A stretch of 64,000 bases of DNA, taken from contig RHPI01000797.1 in assembly GCA_009103225.1 (NCBI GenBank), positions 1,064,457 to 1,128,456 of the forward strand, in the 5' to 3' direction. The number at the start of each line of letters is the position of its first letter. Position 1 is the stretch's first letter. A program made the position numbers and the translations under genes. The notes beneath the pieces are model-generated. The model made no database searches. It worked only from the letters and a program-made list of their open reading frames with translations, and was not told the origin of the DNA. This document shows, in pieces, positions 52,931-64,000 of the stretch. The stretch comes from Chlorokybus atmophyticus. Taxonomy: Eukaryota; Plantae; Mesostigma and Chlorokybus algae.

Positions 52931-55900
52931 ATGGTGACGGTCAAGGCAGAGGAAGGTCCAACAGCCTCAAGCGAGCCCGTTGTCAAGGTTGAAGAAGACG
53001 CAGACAAGAAGGATGCTACTGTCGATGAACACAACAACCAACAACAGGACAATAGCAAAGATGGCGCCACGAAGATGGAGGTGGACACCGACGAGCAGAA
53101 AGACAAAGTTGACAACAGCAGCTCGGGTGTTGCGCCCGAAGTGGTTAGCAACACGGCGGTTACTGTAAAGGCGGAGCATGTTGAGCAACCTTCCAACAAG
53201 GACAACAATGCCAACACAAATACCGACACTAACACCAACATCAAGACCGACACCAGTAACAATGTCAATGCTACCACCAACAACAACAACAACAACAGTG
53301 GCATCGGCAACACTGCCACCAACAACACCAACGACAAGAACAGCAACACAAGCACAGTCGTCGCTGCCACTCCTGCCATTGTTAAAGAGACCAGCAGCGC
53401 CAGTAGCCAGGAGGACGATGTGGTTCTGCGCTTGAGCTTTGTGCGCAATGACAAAGACGGGACTGCTGGCGGCAACAATCAGGATCCACTATGCACTAGA
53501 GCCGTTGCCATGTGTGAAGTCACGAACCTCATCGCCGTCTCTGCACCAGCAGACTCCACAAGGTATGTAATGAGTTCTATACTTAAAGAACTATATGCGG
53601 TTGTACTGTGATATGCCACACATCACATTTGAAGGATGTGATGTATGCACGCCAACACATGCGCGGACATGTTCAAACACACGTGCCAACAACTGCACGC
53701 ACAAACATGGGTGCTAGCACCCTGGCACACGCCTCAACAACCTTCTTTTTCAGTCCAGCGGAGGTGTGGCTGCTGGATCCAACAAACAACCCCCCTTCAC
53801 GTGTGGTACTGCGCCCCCCTTCAGCATTCTCCACCATCACCCACGTGGCATTCTCGCCTCCGGGCTGCACGCGCGCACTCCTCGTCGTTGACTCAAGCGG
53901 GCGCGCTCGCTCCTGGACCAGACGCCCCGTCGGACTAGCCCGGACTACTGGAGACTGGGCCTCTGTTGAAGCTTTCGCGCTTACAAGGTGAGAGGGAATG
54001 TGACTTGCGTGTGTTCGTGCGTGCGTGTGCGCACGTGTGTGTTTACGTGGAGCTTTGTATAACATTTTCATGCACCCAAGTGCGCGTACATGTGTGCTTG
54101 TTGAGGGGTCATTAATTGCAGCACACTGGCGGTTGGCTTTTTGTCACGGCCGCAAGCATACAAGTTCTCCTCCATGCACACTTCTTCCACTTCTGCACCT
54201 TCTGCTTCCACCACTATCAACAATGCATCCTCACCGCCCTTGGCTACTACTGCTGCTGCCAACACCACTACCGGCGCTGCACCGACCTCCATTGAAGGCC
54301 GCTTTATTGCAGCGAGAGAGCGCGCTGGCAACAGGTGACTTGTCATGTTGTAATGTGCATCGTAGTACGACAGGTTGGGATGACAAACATGACACAACAA
54401 CACTGTCATATGCAGTGCGTGGGGAGGTGTGGGCTCTGCTGTTGCGTTAGCATGTTGGGGCGTGTCGGCACTCGGCCACGCTCAGGTATTGTGTACAGCT
54501 TTTGTCTTGCAAGCGCATAAACGAGAGCGTGTACAATGTCCCCAGCCACTCGTGATGATGTTGATGTTGTCCCACACTCACAAGGTGTTTTATGACTGCG
54601 GGGACACGGTGCCGTCCTGGGCGAGCACGCGGGCGGTGTCGTTGGGTTTGGGTCCCCTCACGGCGGCGGACGCGCTTCCCGCACGCACGGGAGCGTTGTA
54701 TCTGGTGGCGTTGCCCGCTGCCAACCCAGGGCAGGTGGCCGTGTTGGAGTTGCACTACGCTCCACCCACATCCGCGCGGCCGTGGCCGCTGTCGGACCTG
54801 CTGTCGGGCTGGCGGACACGTCTCCAACACGGCGAGAAGGTGTCCCCGCCCTCGTTGTTCTGCCGGCCGCTGTCCAACTTGTCCACCTTCGCGGGGCCGC
54901 TGGCCATGCGGCCGTCGTCGGCTCCAAGCACACGCGCGTTGAGAGGGTGGGAGCTCGTGCGTGTGAGACTCAACATCAACGTACACAACAGCGGCTTGCA
55001 TCGCATGGAGCGGTTTTCTGAAGCCTTTCGAGCACCCGTGCCGGCAACACAGGCGTGCATGGCCGCGCGGTTTCGACCCGGCTCGGACGGAACGTGCTTG
55101 GTTACGGCCACGATCACGCCTCACGCGTGTGTCGTCCAGCGTTGGGATGCGACAAAGGAGCCCTTCCAGCTGTCGCCGGTGTTTGCTAAAGCCAACAACT
55201 CTGCTGGCGGCAGTAACGGCCCCAACGACAAGAATAGCAATGCCAACAACAACGCCAAGATGGCCTCCGTGCCAAAATGGGCTCTCACCTGCACAAGGAA
55301 GATTCCGTGCGTGAGTTGTGTCACGCCTTCATGCACGCACGCAGCAGCCACCTCGTCCAATGGGGCAACATTCTGCCTCAGCCTCCCCGACGGCCGTGTG
55401 ATCCTCCTCAACCTCGAGGACCTAATCATCCTCCGTGAGGTCCCACCACCCTCATCATCAACAACATCAACAACATCATCATCAATGTCCTTCTCTTCCA
55501 ATGGCCTCCTTCTCGCTCTCTCTCATCCTGGCGCCGACGAGGCGGTCTCTCTCGTGCGCGTGCCGCTCACGCAGAAGCCCAACGCAGTTGTGTTGACTAG
55601 CAGCAGGCGACTCGCCGACATGGCGCTCTGGAGTCTACTCACGGGACGGAGTTACTGGGATGTGTGTGATGTGGCGCGTAAAGAAGGCGTGGAACGCAGC
55701 ATTGCAGCGCTTCTCACGGAAGACTTTCAGGTTGGTGCAGGTTGGCGTGTTGACCCAACAGAAGACATTGCCCGCATGTTGAGTGGTGGTCTAGTAGTAC
55801 AATGTGGGCTGTGCTGTACACATTGTGTGTGTTCTGCTCCTTGTGTGCATGATGCAGGCCCATTTGCTTAATTGGTCTCACAGTCTTGTGCAATTGGCTT

Positions 55901-57335
55901 TGCAATGTGATATGTTGTCTATGTTGGGAATAGGTTCTCCCGTCATCGACGCTTAAGAAGGCCCACAACGCAAACTTTGATCGGTTGAAGTGCGCTCTTC
56001 TCGCTCAGCGCGTGGACTCCGCTGCCGATGTGGACGACATGCAGATGCGTCTGCTCGTTCACCACATGCACGCACTGATGATGTCGGCGCAGTCCAAGGC
56101 CGATATCGGCACCACTGCCGCATCCATCAACGATGAGGACAGCGCTCTCGCCCCGATGCTCGACCCGTGGGTCGATATCGCCCTGGAACTCGCCCTCCTG
56201 TTCATCAACTCGATATCCACGCACCTCGCGTCTATTGTCCAACCCGCACGCGTTGGTGCTAACTATATGCCAGGTGTCGGCGTCCGACTTCAGATTGATA
56301 TCGAGTTTGTCAACCAAGTGGCTGAAATGCTCAAGTTTAGTGCTGGCTTCCGCAGAAGACACCCTGCGGGCAAGTTCAAGCCCAACGCAGGTGCGTGTGT
56401 GTGTTTGAGGTTGTGTGCATGTCTCGTGTGGAGTGTGCTGTAGTGTGCTTTGTGTATTGTCTTAAGCATGAGGCTTTCAGCAGGGGCAGCAGAGCGAGTG
56501 GCGAGTGCGTTGCTGACCGCAGATGATGCGATAGCCATGCTGTCCATGTTGAGGGAGCTTCAGAAATTTACGCAGCCCACTGGCGCTAACGAGGACAACA
56601 ACAATGACGTGAACACCATCTTGCCAGCGCCCAATGCACCCGGCGATAAAACGCCTGACCTGCTGCACTGTATAGACGGCGTTGGTGTGCTACCGGAGGC
56701 GACCAAACTCTTGAAGGTTCATGTTGGTTTGCAGCAGAACAACACTTGCACATACATGCACACAACCTTACTCTTTGTTATCATCAACTCAGGTGGTGCC
56801 CGTGCAACCCATCTTTGCTATCATACGGCGAGTGAAGTTGGCCACGGGCATTATCGGTGGTGCCGCGTTGGCGTTGTTGCGCGCACCGCGTGTGAAGTTA
56901 ATTAAATCACATTCGGCGGCGTTGAAACCACTGTTTGACCCGCTCAGGCCGTGGCTGAGTGAGGGTCCCATTGATATCACGCTTGCGGTCAGCCACAAGC
57001 GCCGCCGCATCACGTGCGGGGGACACAACAGCAGCAACAACAACGGCTCAGGCAGGCAAACCCATTCGGTGATTAACGCAAAGGGCGGTTGGTGGGATGT
57101 TGTTAGCGGTGAGCTTGTTGCGACGGAGCCGACGATACACGTCACATGCACGCAATGCAGCCGCAAGTCCGTGGCGTTGTGCGCGGATAACAACATTGCC
57201 CAGGCTGTTGCGGGGAGCAACAACAGCAACACAGCTGCCAACATTGCTCATGCCTGGAATGCGCGCTTCGCTTACGCCTGCCCCATATGCGCCGGCAGCT
57301 GGCGGCTGGTTGAACTCAAATACCCGTACAATTAA
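52931..57335 (+). CDS. MED16: Mediator subunit 16 (SFR6-like)
   Basis: AVAMCEVTNLIAV, HVAFSPPGCTRALLVVDSSGRARSWT, LTAADA..LYLVALPAANPGQVAVLEL, LWSLLTGRSYWDV and a C-terminal zinc-ribbon-like CTQCSRK..W..RFAYACPICAGSW, in the same order as plant SFR6/MED16. Confidence 0.85.
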
Positions 57336-58081
57336 GTGCGGGTCACATGTTGCACGCCGTGTACAAAGGCTGCCCTGTAGTATACATTTACCCCAACTGC
57401 GTGTTGTTCAGTTTGCCTGCATGAGCAGGCGTGTGACAGTGTAACCATAGACTTACATCCCTGGCTTCTGCTCTTATGTTAACAATTCGTTGCACATGAT
57501 GTTCTGAATGTGATGCTATGCCAGCTGTAAATGCTGCATGCGTTGTGGTCCATGGCTGTGTTGGAGGCTGGTAGGGTTGGGTCAACACAGTGTGTTAGTG
57601 TAGAAAATATGCAATGCTGTGCATGTGACTCACCAGTGTGTCGTGGCATGTTCTTTGTTGTCCAGCATGGCATTGGTGCAGGGAGTTCTGCCCGGCTCAC
57701 AGTTTGCCCAGACACGCGGAGGTCTGCCTCTGCCAGCTGGGCGCAATTCAGCGGAAGATTACTGATACTCTGCAATTAGTAAACTGTGCGAGCAGCCAGC
57801 GTATGTGTACGTGTATAGGTGGTATAGGAACATAGCATGCATTGCAACACAGTACTGACTGCAGGTATGTGATGAATGCAGTGTGCCTTGCATGCATGAA
57901 ACCCGCGTTGCATCTTTTGTGCTCTATGTGCCCGACAACGCAATTATACAATCCGCCACTAGCGTGTCACCTGACCTGGACAGAACCGCCTGCTGTGATC
58001 AGCGCCAAGTCGCCTGCACGCAAAGTTACCATGAGTTTTGGTATAGTGGGCAAGCACATATCAAGCGCAACACTGATATGT

Positions 58082-58170
58082 CATGCGTGTGAGTATGCTT
58101 GTGCAGTAATAGGCAGGGTTGACAGTACGTAGCTTGGTGTGACGATGTCGCTGTTAGTGTATGAGAGAGA
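58082..58170 (+). repeat. Third, shortest copy of the retroelement 3' UTR
   Basis: catgcgtgtgagtatgcttgtgcagtaataggcagggttgacagtacgtagcttggtgtgacgatgtcgctgttagtg aligns with 20481-20558 and 19144-19210. Confidence 0.85.
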
Positions 58171-58632
58171 TATGTACCCCCAACGCAGCCCATACCGAGG
58201 GTGTAGATGTTCTTACCGCAATGCAAGTACCCTAAGCACAAGTACGACATCAATATTCTTGGCACGCACATGCCTGGCTGCCACACGCCTCGCACAGTAT
58301 ACATCCGCATACCCCAGCACTTGCAATATAAAAACAACCGGGCATGGACAATTGCCCATGTATAACCAAAATGGTTTGCAGCGCTGAGTGCGCACACATA
58401 AGTGGCATGTGCATTGCTGTCGTAACCTGTACATAACAACAACCATCAATACCTATTGCAATGTACTATCCCGGCATGATTGCCGGGGCCTGCCAATCAG
58501 GACAACAGTGCTCACCTACGGAAACCTACTATTCATGCTAGCTGTACAGGCGTTCCAACATGATGCTGACAGTCTACTGGTGCACAATAAGCGTTAGTGG
58601 CTTCATGCATTTCAGTGCAGAGCGCTCACTAA

Positions 58633-60936
58633 CTACCACCAGAACGAAGGGTAGTGCCGGTTGCGGGGCAGGTTGTTGACAACGAGCGCAACCGCCAACA
58701 TGATCAGCGTGCCGGACAAAATTGGAGTGAGGACGAACAGATAGCCCTCTGCCGGTTGCAAGACACCAACGACTGATGCTGTCAGCGCCGTCGCACCACC
58801 TGCATGAGTTGAAATTGGTACAACACGCATTCATGTGCCAGTAGTCCATGAATGGGAGTCAGTATTCCTGAGAAACAGTGACCCTTCTGTTTGTGCACGC
58901 ACATGTACACATGTGATGATATACAAACACAACCTTACTGCGTACACATATGTGTATGGACACGCGTGTGCATGCAAGTACATGATGAAGTGCGTGTGCG
59001 TGTGCTTGTGCGTGCGCTCGCACATGTGTATGTTAGGTGTACATATATTAATACCTGGTGGATGCACAGTGCGAGTGAGTTGCATGACAGCAATGGCGAG
59101 TGCCACAGCCAGTGCCGCTGCGAGCCAGAGCGTGTTAAGTCTCGCAGGTTCAGGCAGCAGGTCAAAGAGAGCGCGCACCGAGCATCCCACAATGGCAGAA
59201 AGGCACTGCGTGCACGCAAGATTGATCAACAACCACATTGTGTGGTGACTTATGTGACTTATGCTGAGAGCAGAAGACCATTTGGCTTACTCACATGACC
59301 ACCCATAAAGTTTCTGGGACTGCTCAACTCAGCACCGGGCCGCCCATAAATGAGCACGGCACTTGCTCCTGCAAAGCGTGCATGATGTGTCCCGGCGCCT
59401 ATGCATGCGGCTTGCGAGCAACATATGAATGTGCAGTGGAGTGTTAGAACCTCTTACCAAAGGAGAAGGTCAGCATCGCAACCTCCGGGTGCTGATTTGT
59501 AGGCGAGTTGATCACTCTGAAGTGCAGCAACGCCACAAAAAGTATGCCCAGAAAAGAACCTGCAATAAGCATAAGACACTCGATCGCACGCGAAACATAC
59601 ACAAACCGAAAGTAACCAGAACGAAGATTACTTCAAGTACCAAGTATAGAGACGAGTATGTGGTCGGGCGAATCGCGAGGCGTGGGTCGCGGGTGCTCTT
59701 TGTTGTCGTAGTGTTTGTACCACTTGTTGCCTTCGTGCTCGTACATGTAGTACCTACCCAACATCTTGTCTGTGTACAAACGCCAATACCCCACCTCCTC
59801 TGGCGGGCGCGGTTTCTCGCTCAAGTTCTACAAGCGTAGAGAGTTTTACACTCACACACTCACTCAAAGATCTGACATGATAATATACTAAAACCCAAGA
59901 CGACAATGTTGCAATGCAATCACCGTGCTCTCATTACTGTTGTCAGCCCGTTACGGTTGTTGCTATTACAATCGCCATTATGGCATTGATAATGTTTCGT
60001 AGTCGATGCTCACCTTGATGTGTGTTGGTGTCAAGTCCGGTGCAAGCTCCATGTCATCGCACGCGTCTTCTTGCTGCTGCTGCTGCTCAGACGAGTACAA
60101 CCTGACGGGGTGCCCGTAGATGTTGACGGTGTGGTGGTGCGCGGGCGGGTCGCAAGGATCGTGTTGGCTTATTGTGGCTAGATTGCGGTGGTGGTGCGGT
60201 GGAGGGTCGCATGGGTCATGATCAGCTGCTGATGATGCTGAAGTCCTGTGCCGCACCGGTGGCGTGCGTACATCGCGGTCTTCTGCGATGCGAGTCTCTG
60301 CGGTGACGGGATGATCTCTGCTTTGCTGCGCTTCTCCGCTGCGCTGTCGGTCTAAACTGTTGCGTGGCCCTGTTGGTAAGTACATGCATGAGAAGAAGGG
60401 TATAGGTGTGGGAAGTAGGCTGACAGATACTGTTCTCCCCCCCCCCCCCCCCCCCAGTCAGCAAATGGCAAGCAGACTCAGCTACTTTCACAACCGCTCC
60501 ATTGAAAGAACGGCATTTCACTTACATGTGCAATCAGCAAGCTATGCTCCCCGTGTTTGCTACAAAGACACACTGTACGATTGATAAAGGTAGCTGCTTC
60601 AGCATGACTTGAGGAAAAATGGCACAACAACAAACTACAACCTTTCATTCCGTTCTTGTGGCGTGCGTACTGCATGCAAACAGGATTGCAATACAGAACA
60701 AAAGCTGTTCCGCTGTGAACTACAATTGTGCATGCGCATGATGTCAGTGTAAGATCACACCAATCAAGCCTCTCACCAGCTGGCGGCGCCGTCTGCAGCA
60801 TGGGCCAGACGGCCTTTGTGCTCGGCGGACGGGGATCGAACTCCTCCGCCGTGTGGAACACCTCTTCCGTTGGCCACCGCGCTGTGCCATGACTCGGCTG
60901 CCGCCGCCACTTGAATAGCTTCTTCAGCACATCCAT
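58633..60936 (-). CDS. HPP-family integral membrane protein with a long hydrophilic N-terminal extension
   Basis: In-phase exons: ..ILG|SFLGILFVALL..MLTFSF|GASAVLIYGRPGAELSSPRNFMGGH|CLSAIVG..ALAVALAIAVMQLTRTVHPP|GGATAL..GYLFVLTP..VALVVNNLPRNRHYPSFWW*. Confidence 0.92.
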
Positions 60937-62570
60937 CGAGGCAGGCGTGTGGTATAAACGACTGCTATGTCAATTGAGTGCACACTCTGCGCAGAGAGAG
61001 TTAGACTGTGGGGAACTACAGTAAGACAATCACACGTGGTTCGTGTACACAGATGTTGCAGCACAACCAGCAGTATTTATAGTTTCAGGGGACAATGTGT
61101 GGTGCTGGAGTGCCTTGAACATCGGCGGTGAGCTGACGTGTGCAGCAATTTTGCAAACGTTGCAGTCAAGCTGAAACATGTGCACCACGACTCAGTGACA
61201 CGTGGACTGAGTGCAAACTCAGCAGATGGCGCTGGCAAGTGGCCAGTTCAGCATGAGGCTGCTCATTTGCTGGCTTGGAACTTGCTTACAAAGCAAGTTC
61301 CAAGCAAGCAAGGAAAAGCAACGCGCAACGAGGCAGGCCTCGTCACATCAGCATCAAACCCGCCATGAAGGGGTTGCATAAGGTGCTAGAGGCTGCACAA
61401 CCCATGCACAGCGTTGAAAACACTACAGAACAACTGCAGAGATCAAAGCAAATCCGCAGCACAGTGGACGCCACGCATGCAAAGCGTTGCTAGCGCCTTG
61501 AGCCTTGCGGAGGGGGCGACTAGCAAGCTTGTTTCTTTCTTGCCTAGCAGCTTACAATGGTTGATAGACGTCGAAACCCGCTCCATTGGATTACTGTCTA
61601 TCCGGCGCAGGCAACACACAGGTACAAACACGGACGCGAAGGCGAACGCGAACGCGCACGCTGACAACCGCCGCCGCCGCCGCCGCCGCCGCCGCAACCT
61701 GGAGTGTGGATGACAGCTACTGTGTTGGCTTACAGCGACTAGTCATGCACGTTGCCTGCATACAACACCTGCGACATGCATGCGCTAGCTATGGATCATA
61801 GCCTATGATTGTGCTTGACAATGCGGTAATCTGGTGATACCGTATTGCCACAAAGTGCGAGAGCATTAAAGTGTGCTTTGCGCAGGCTGCATTCTATGGC
61901 TGATTGTCCGAGATGCCCACATCAGACTACCACATGTTTCAGAACGCTCATGCTGCGTGAGCGATTCACCATACTCATGCTCTTATACAACAAATGAAAC
62001 ATAAAAAATAGATATGACATGGTTAACATGCATTCATATTTGTTGTTGAGTTGCCTTGCATACACTGCTTGCCCCGTTCGTGCGTTGATGTGTGAATGTC
62101 CAAGGGTTTATTGCTGTTCAGTTTGCACTACGCAACCGGATAAACAATATTGGTCCACATTAGCCACTTAGCACACTTTCACATCCGTACCAAAAAATTG
62201 AATCAAAAAGAGTGACTTTAGCAGCCATGTGGGTGTGCCATACCATGTGGGTATACATATACATATATATCAAGTGTGCTCGCATAAGTAGACGCCGCTT
62301 TAGAGGCATGAAAACATATAAGCGTAGCCTGCAGCAGATGACCTGCAGCGCAAGTAGAGGTTGTCGCAAACTTCAGTCGCTCAAGCTATGATGCTCAATC
62401 TGCTCTCATAAGTGCAATGTCTCATGTGTGCATGCTAAGTACATGTAAAAATAACAATTGTATGTTTGCACCATGTGACATCATCTTTCATTATTGCATG
62501 CGTTATTGCACATATTGATGAGCATATATACAATGACGTGGAAACATTACACAACTACTCAGTGATATGC

Positions 62571-62732
62571 GATCACGCTTTGTATTTATCAGGTCGTGGA
62601 TCAATTGATAAATGATGGTAATGCAGATACAGAATCTTGTGCAATAGGCTTATATGTGATCTCGTCGATTTATTAGGTTGTGGAGCAATTGATAAGTGAT
62701 AATGTAAATACATAATCTTGTTAAAAAGGCTT
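62571..62732. repeat. Degenerate tandem duplication, period about 87 bp
   Basis: atttatcaggtcgtggatcaattgataaatgat..aatgcagatacagaatcttgt versus atttattaggttgtggagcaattgataagtgataatgtaaatacataatcttgt. Confidence 0.8.
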
Positions 62733-63403
62733 TGCCGGTGTACCACCATTCACAATGCGTTGATCTCAACATATGCCTTGTATGCTGATTAACGATGCGA
62801 GCAATCTTCAAAAAGTATGTTCATCTGTTGTCAACTTGTTTCATGCACCATAAAGACTACGCTAGCACATTTCGTGCACGCAGGCACAAGACTTCGACCC
62901 GGTAAGTGTAGACTTGTATACTGATTCATGTAGAGTATGAGTATATACCACTTACTATGGAGTGAGTATTTGTTGGGACGGCTGCTTAGTGAAAAGTTAT
63001 TGGATCATGCCATGCATAAGAAGTTCTTATGCATGGCATGATGCAAGCATCTGCAGACGCATCAGCCACAGATGCATGACGTAGTCGCTAGCAATTAAAC
63101 GAACCACTGCTACAAGCAATGACACATTACATTTGGTCAGTTCCCAGTCTTGTGGACTAGACCTGTCACAACGTTCTGTTACTCCATTGGCACAGCACAT
63201 GATCTGCGAACAGAAACACTTTTTCTGGACAACTGCAACACCAACCTCGCCAGCCTGGCTCGTATTCAGTGAGAATTGCAATTGGCCAAAAACTACCGGA
63301 AATTGCAGCTACCGGTACTTGCGCTCTACTGAGAATCAAAAGCATGGACAGAATTGAAAATTGATAATGAGTCTCGCAACGCTAAAGCTAATAGCCACGC
63401 TAT

Positions 63404-63958
63404 TTAAGCCGCGTCTTCCTTCTGCTGCACTGCAGGGTAGCGCTGTTGGACGTCCTCCCAGGTGATTGTGGCATCACTCATCTGCCTGATGAGCGCGGCA
63501 ACATCCTTGACAGGGACTCGTATCTGGCTCGTGGAGTCGCGCTCGCGCACCGTCACAGTGTCATCCTCAAGACTCTGGAAGTCGATCGTGACGGCAAAAG
63601 GGACACCAATCTCGTCTGTCCTGGCATAGCGCTTGCCAATGGTGGTGCCAGTGCTGTCGCTCTTGCTGGAAAGGCCTGCTGCTGTGAGGGCAGCTTCAAC
63701 TCGCCGCGAGTATGCGTCAAAGCGCGGTTCTTGCACAAGCGGGAAGATCGTGCACTTGATTGGCGCAACGACTGGCTGCAACCGAAACACCGTTCGCTGC
63801 TCGTCGCCTTCACGGGTGTAGAACGAGTGCTCGTACAGGCAGTAGATGATGCGCCCAATGCCAAATGAGGGTTCGATGACAGAAGGCGTGAACGTCCGCC
63901 CTTGCTGCGTCTCCTTCTTCTTCTCGATGCGCACCATGTCCTTTTGCAGGGTAAATGA
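63404..63958 (-). CDS. GARS: Glycyl-tRNA synthetase (eukaryotic homodimeric type), last exon with anticodon-binding domain; gene continues beyond the window
   Basis: FTPSVIEPSFGIGRIIYCLYEHSF, APIKCTIFPL, TIGKRYARTDEIGVPFAVTIDF, TVTVRERDSTSQIRVP; CAG acceptor at 63961-63959. Confidence 0.96.
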   Translation of the reverse strand, partial: SFTLQKDMVRIEKKKETQQGRTFTPSVIEPSFGIGRIIYCLYEHSFYTREGDEQRTVFRLQPVVAPIKCTIFPLVQEPRFDAYSRRVEAALTAAGLSSKSDSTGTTIGKRYARTDEIGVPFAVTIDFQSLEDDTVTVRERDSTSQIRVPVKDVAALIRQMSDATITWEDVQQRYPAVQQKEDAA

Positions 63959-64000
63959 CTGTAACAACGCGAAGCACATATATAGTCACTTGCAGTGGTG

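Overview
Intron-rich eukaryotic nuclear DNA with short spliceosomal introns and two N-gaps. The gene set (pTAC3, SFR6-type MED16, RD21, a PTS2-bearing malate dehydrogenase, a thylakoid-targeted protein) and a U12-type intron point to a green plant lineage, most plausibly an early-diverging streptophyte alga (inference). Fourteen genes could be assembled or partly assembled by hand across splice junctions: adenylate-kinase-like (5' exon only), ATG5, a small thylakoid-lumen protein of unknown function, ACL4-like TPR protein, pTAC3, RD21-like papain/granulin protease, F-box/LRR protein, mTERF-like fragment, peroxisomal MDH, CDKAL1, a kinesin, GT29 sialyltransferase-like protein, MED16 and an HPP-family membrane protein. 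The last exon of glycyl-tRNA synthetase is also present. Also seen: a truncated CRE-like LINE remnant with two shorter copies, degenerate tandem duplications and microsatellites. Top finding: a kinesin-12-type motor splices in frame through a coiled-coil stalk into a seven-repeat WD40 domain, with one phase-0 exon per repeat. Other notable items are a twin-arginine lumen protein I cannot assign to a family, an AT-AC minor intron plus a GC-AG intron in one gene, and a duplicated His/Cys motif on the HPP protein. No database searches were run; family calls rest on recalled motifs.
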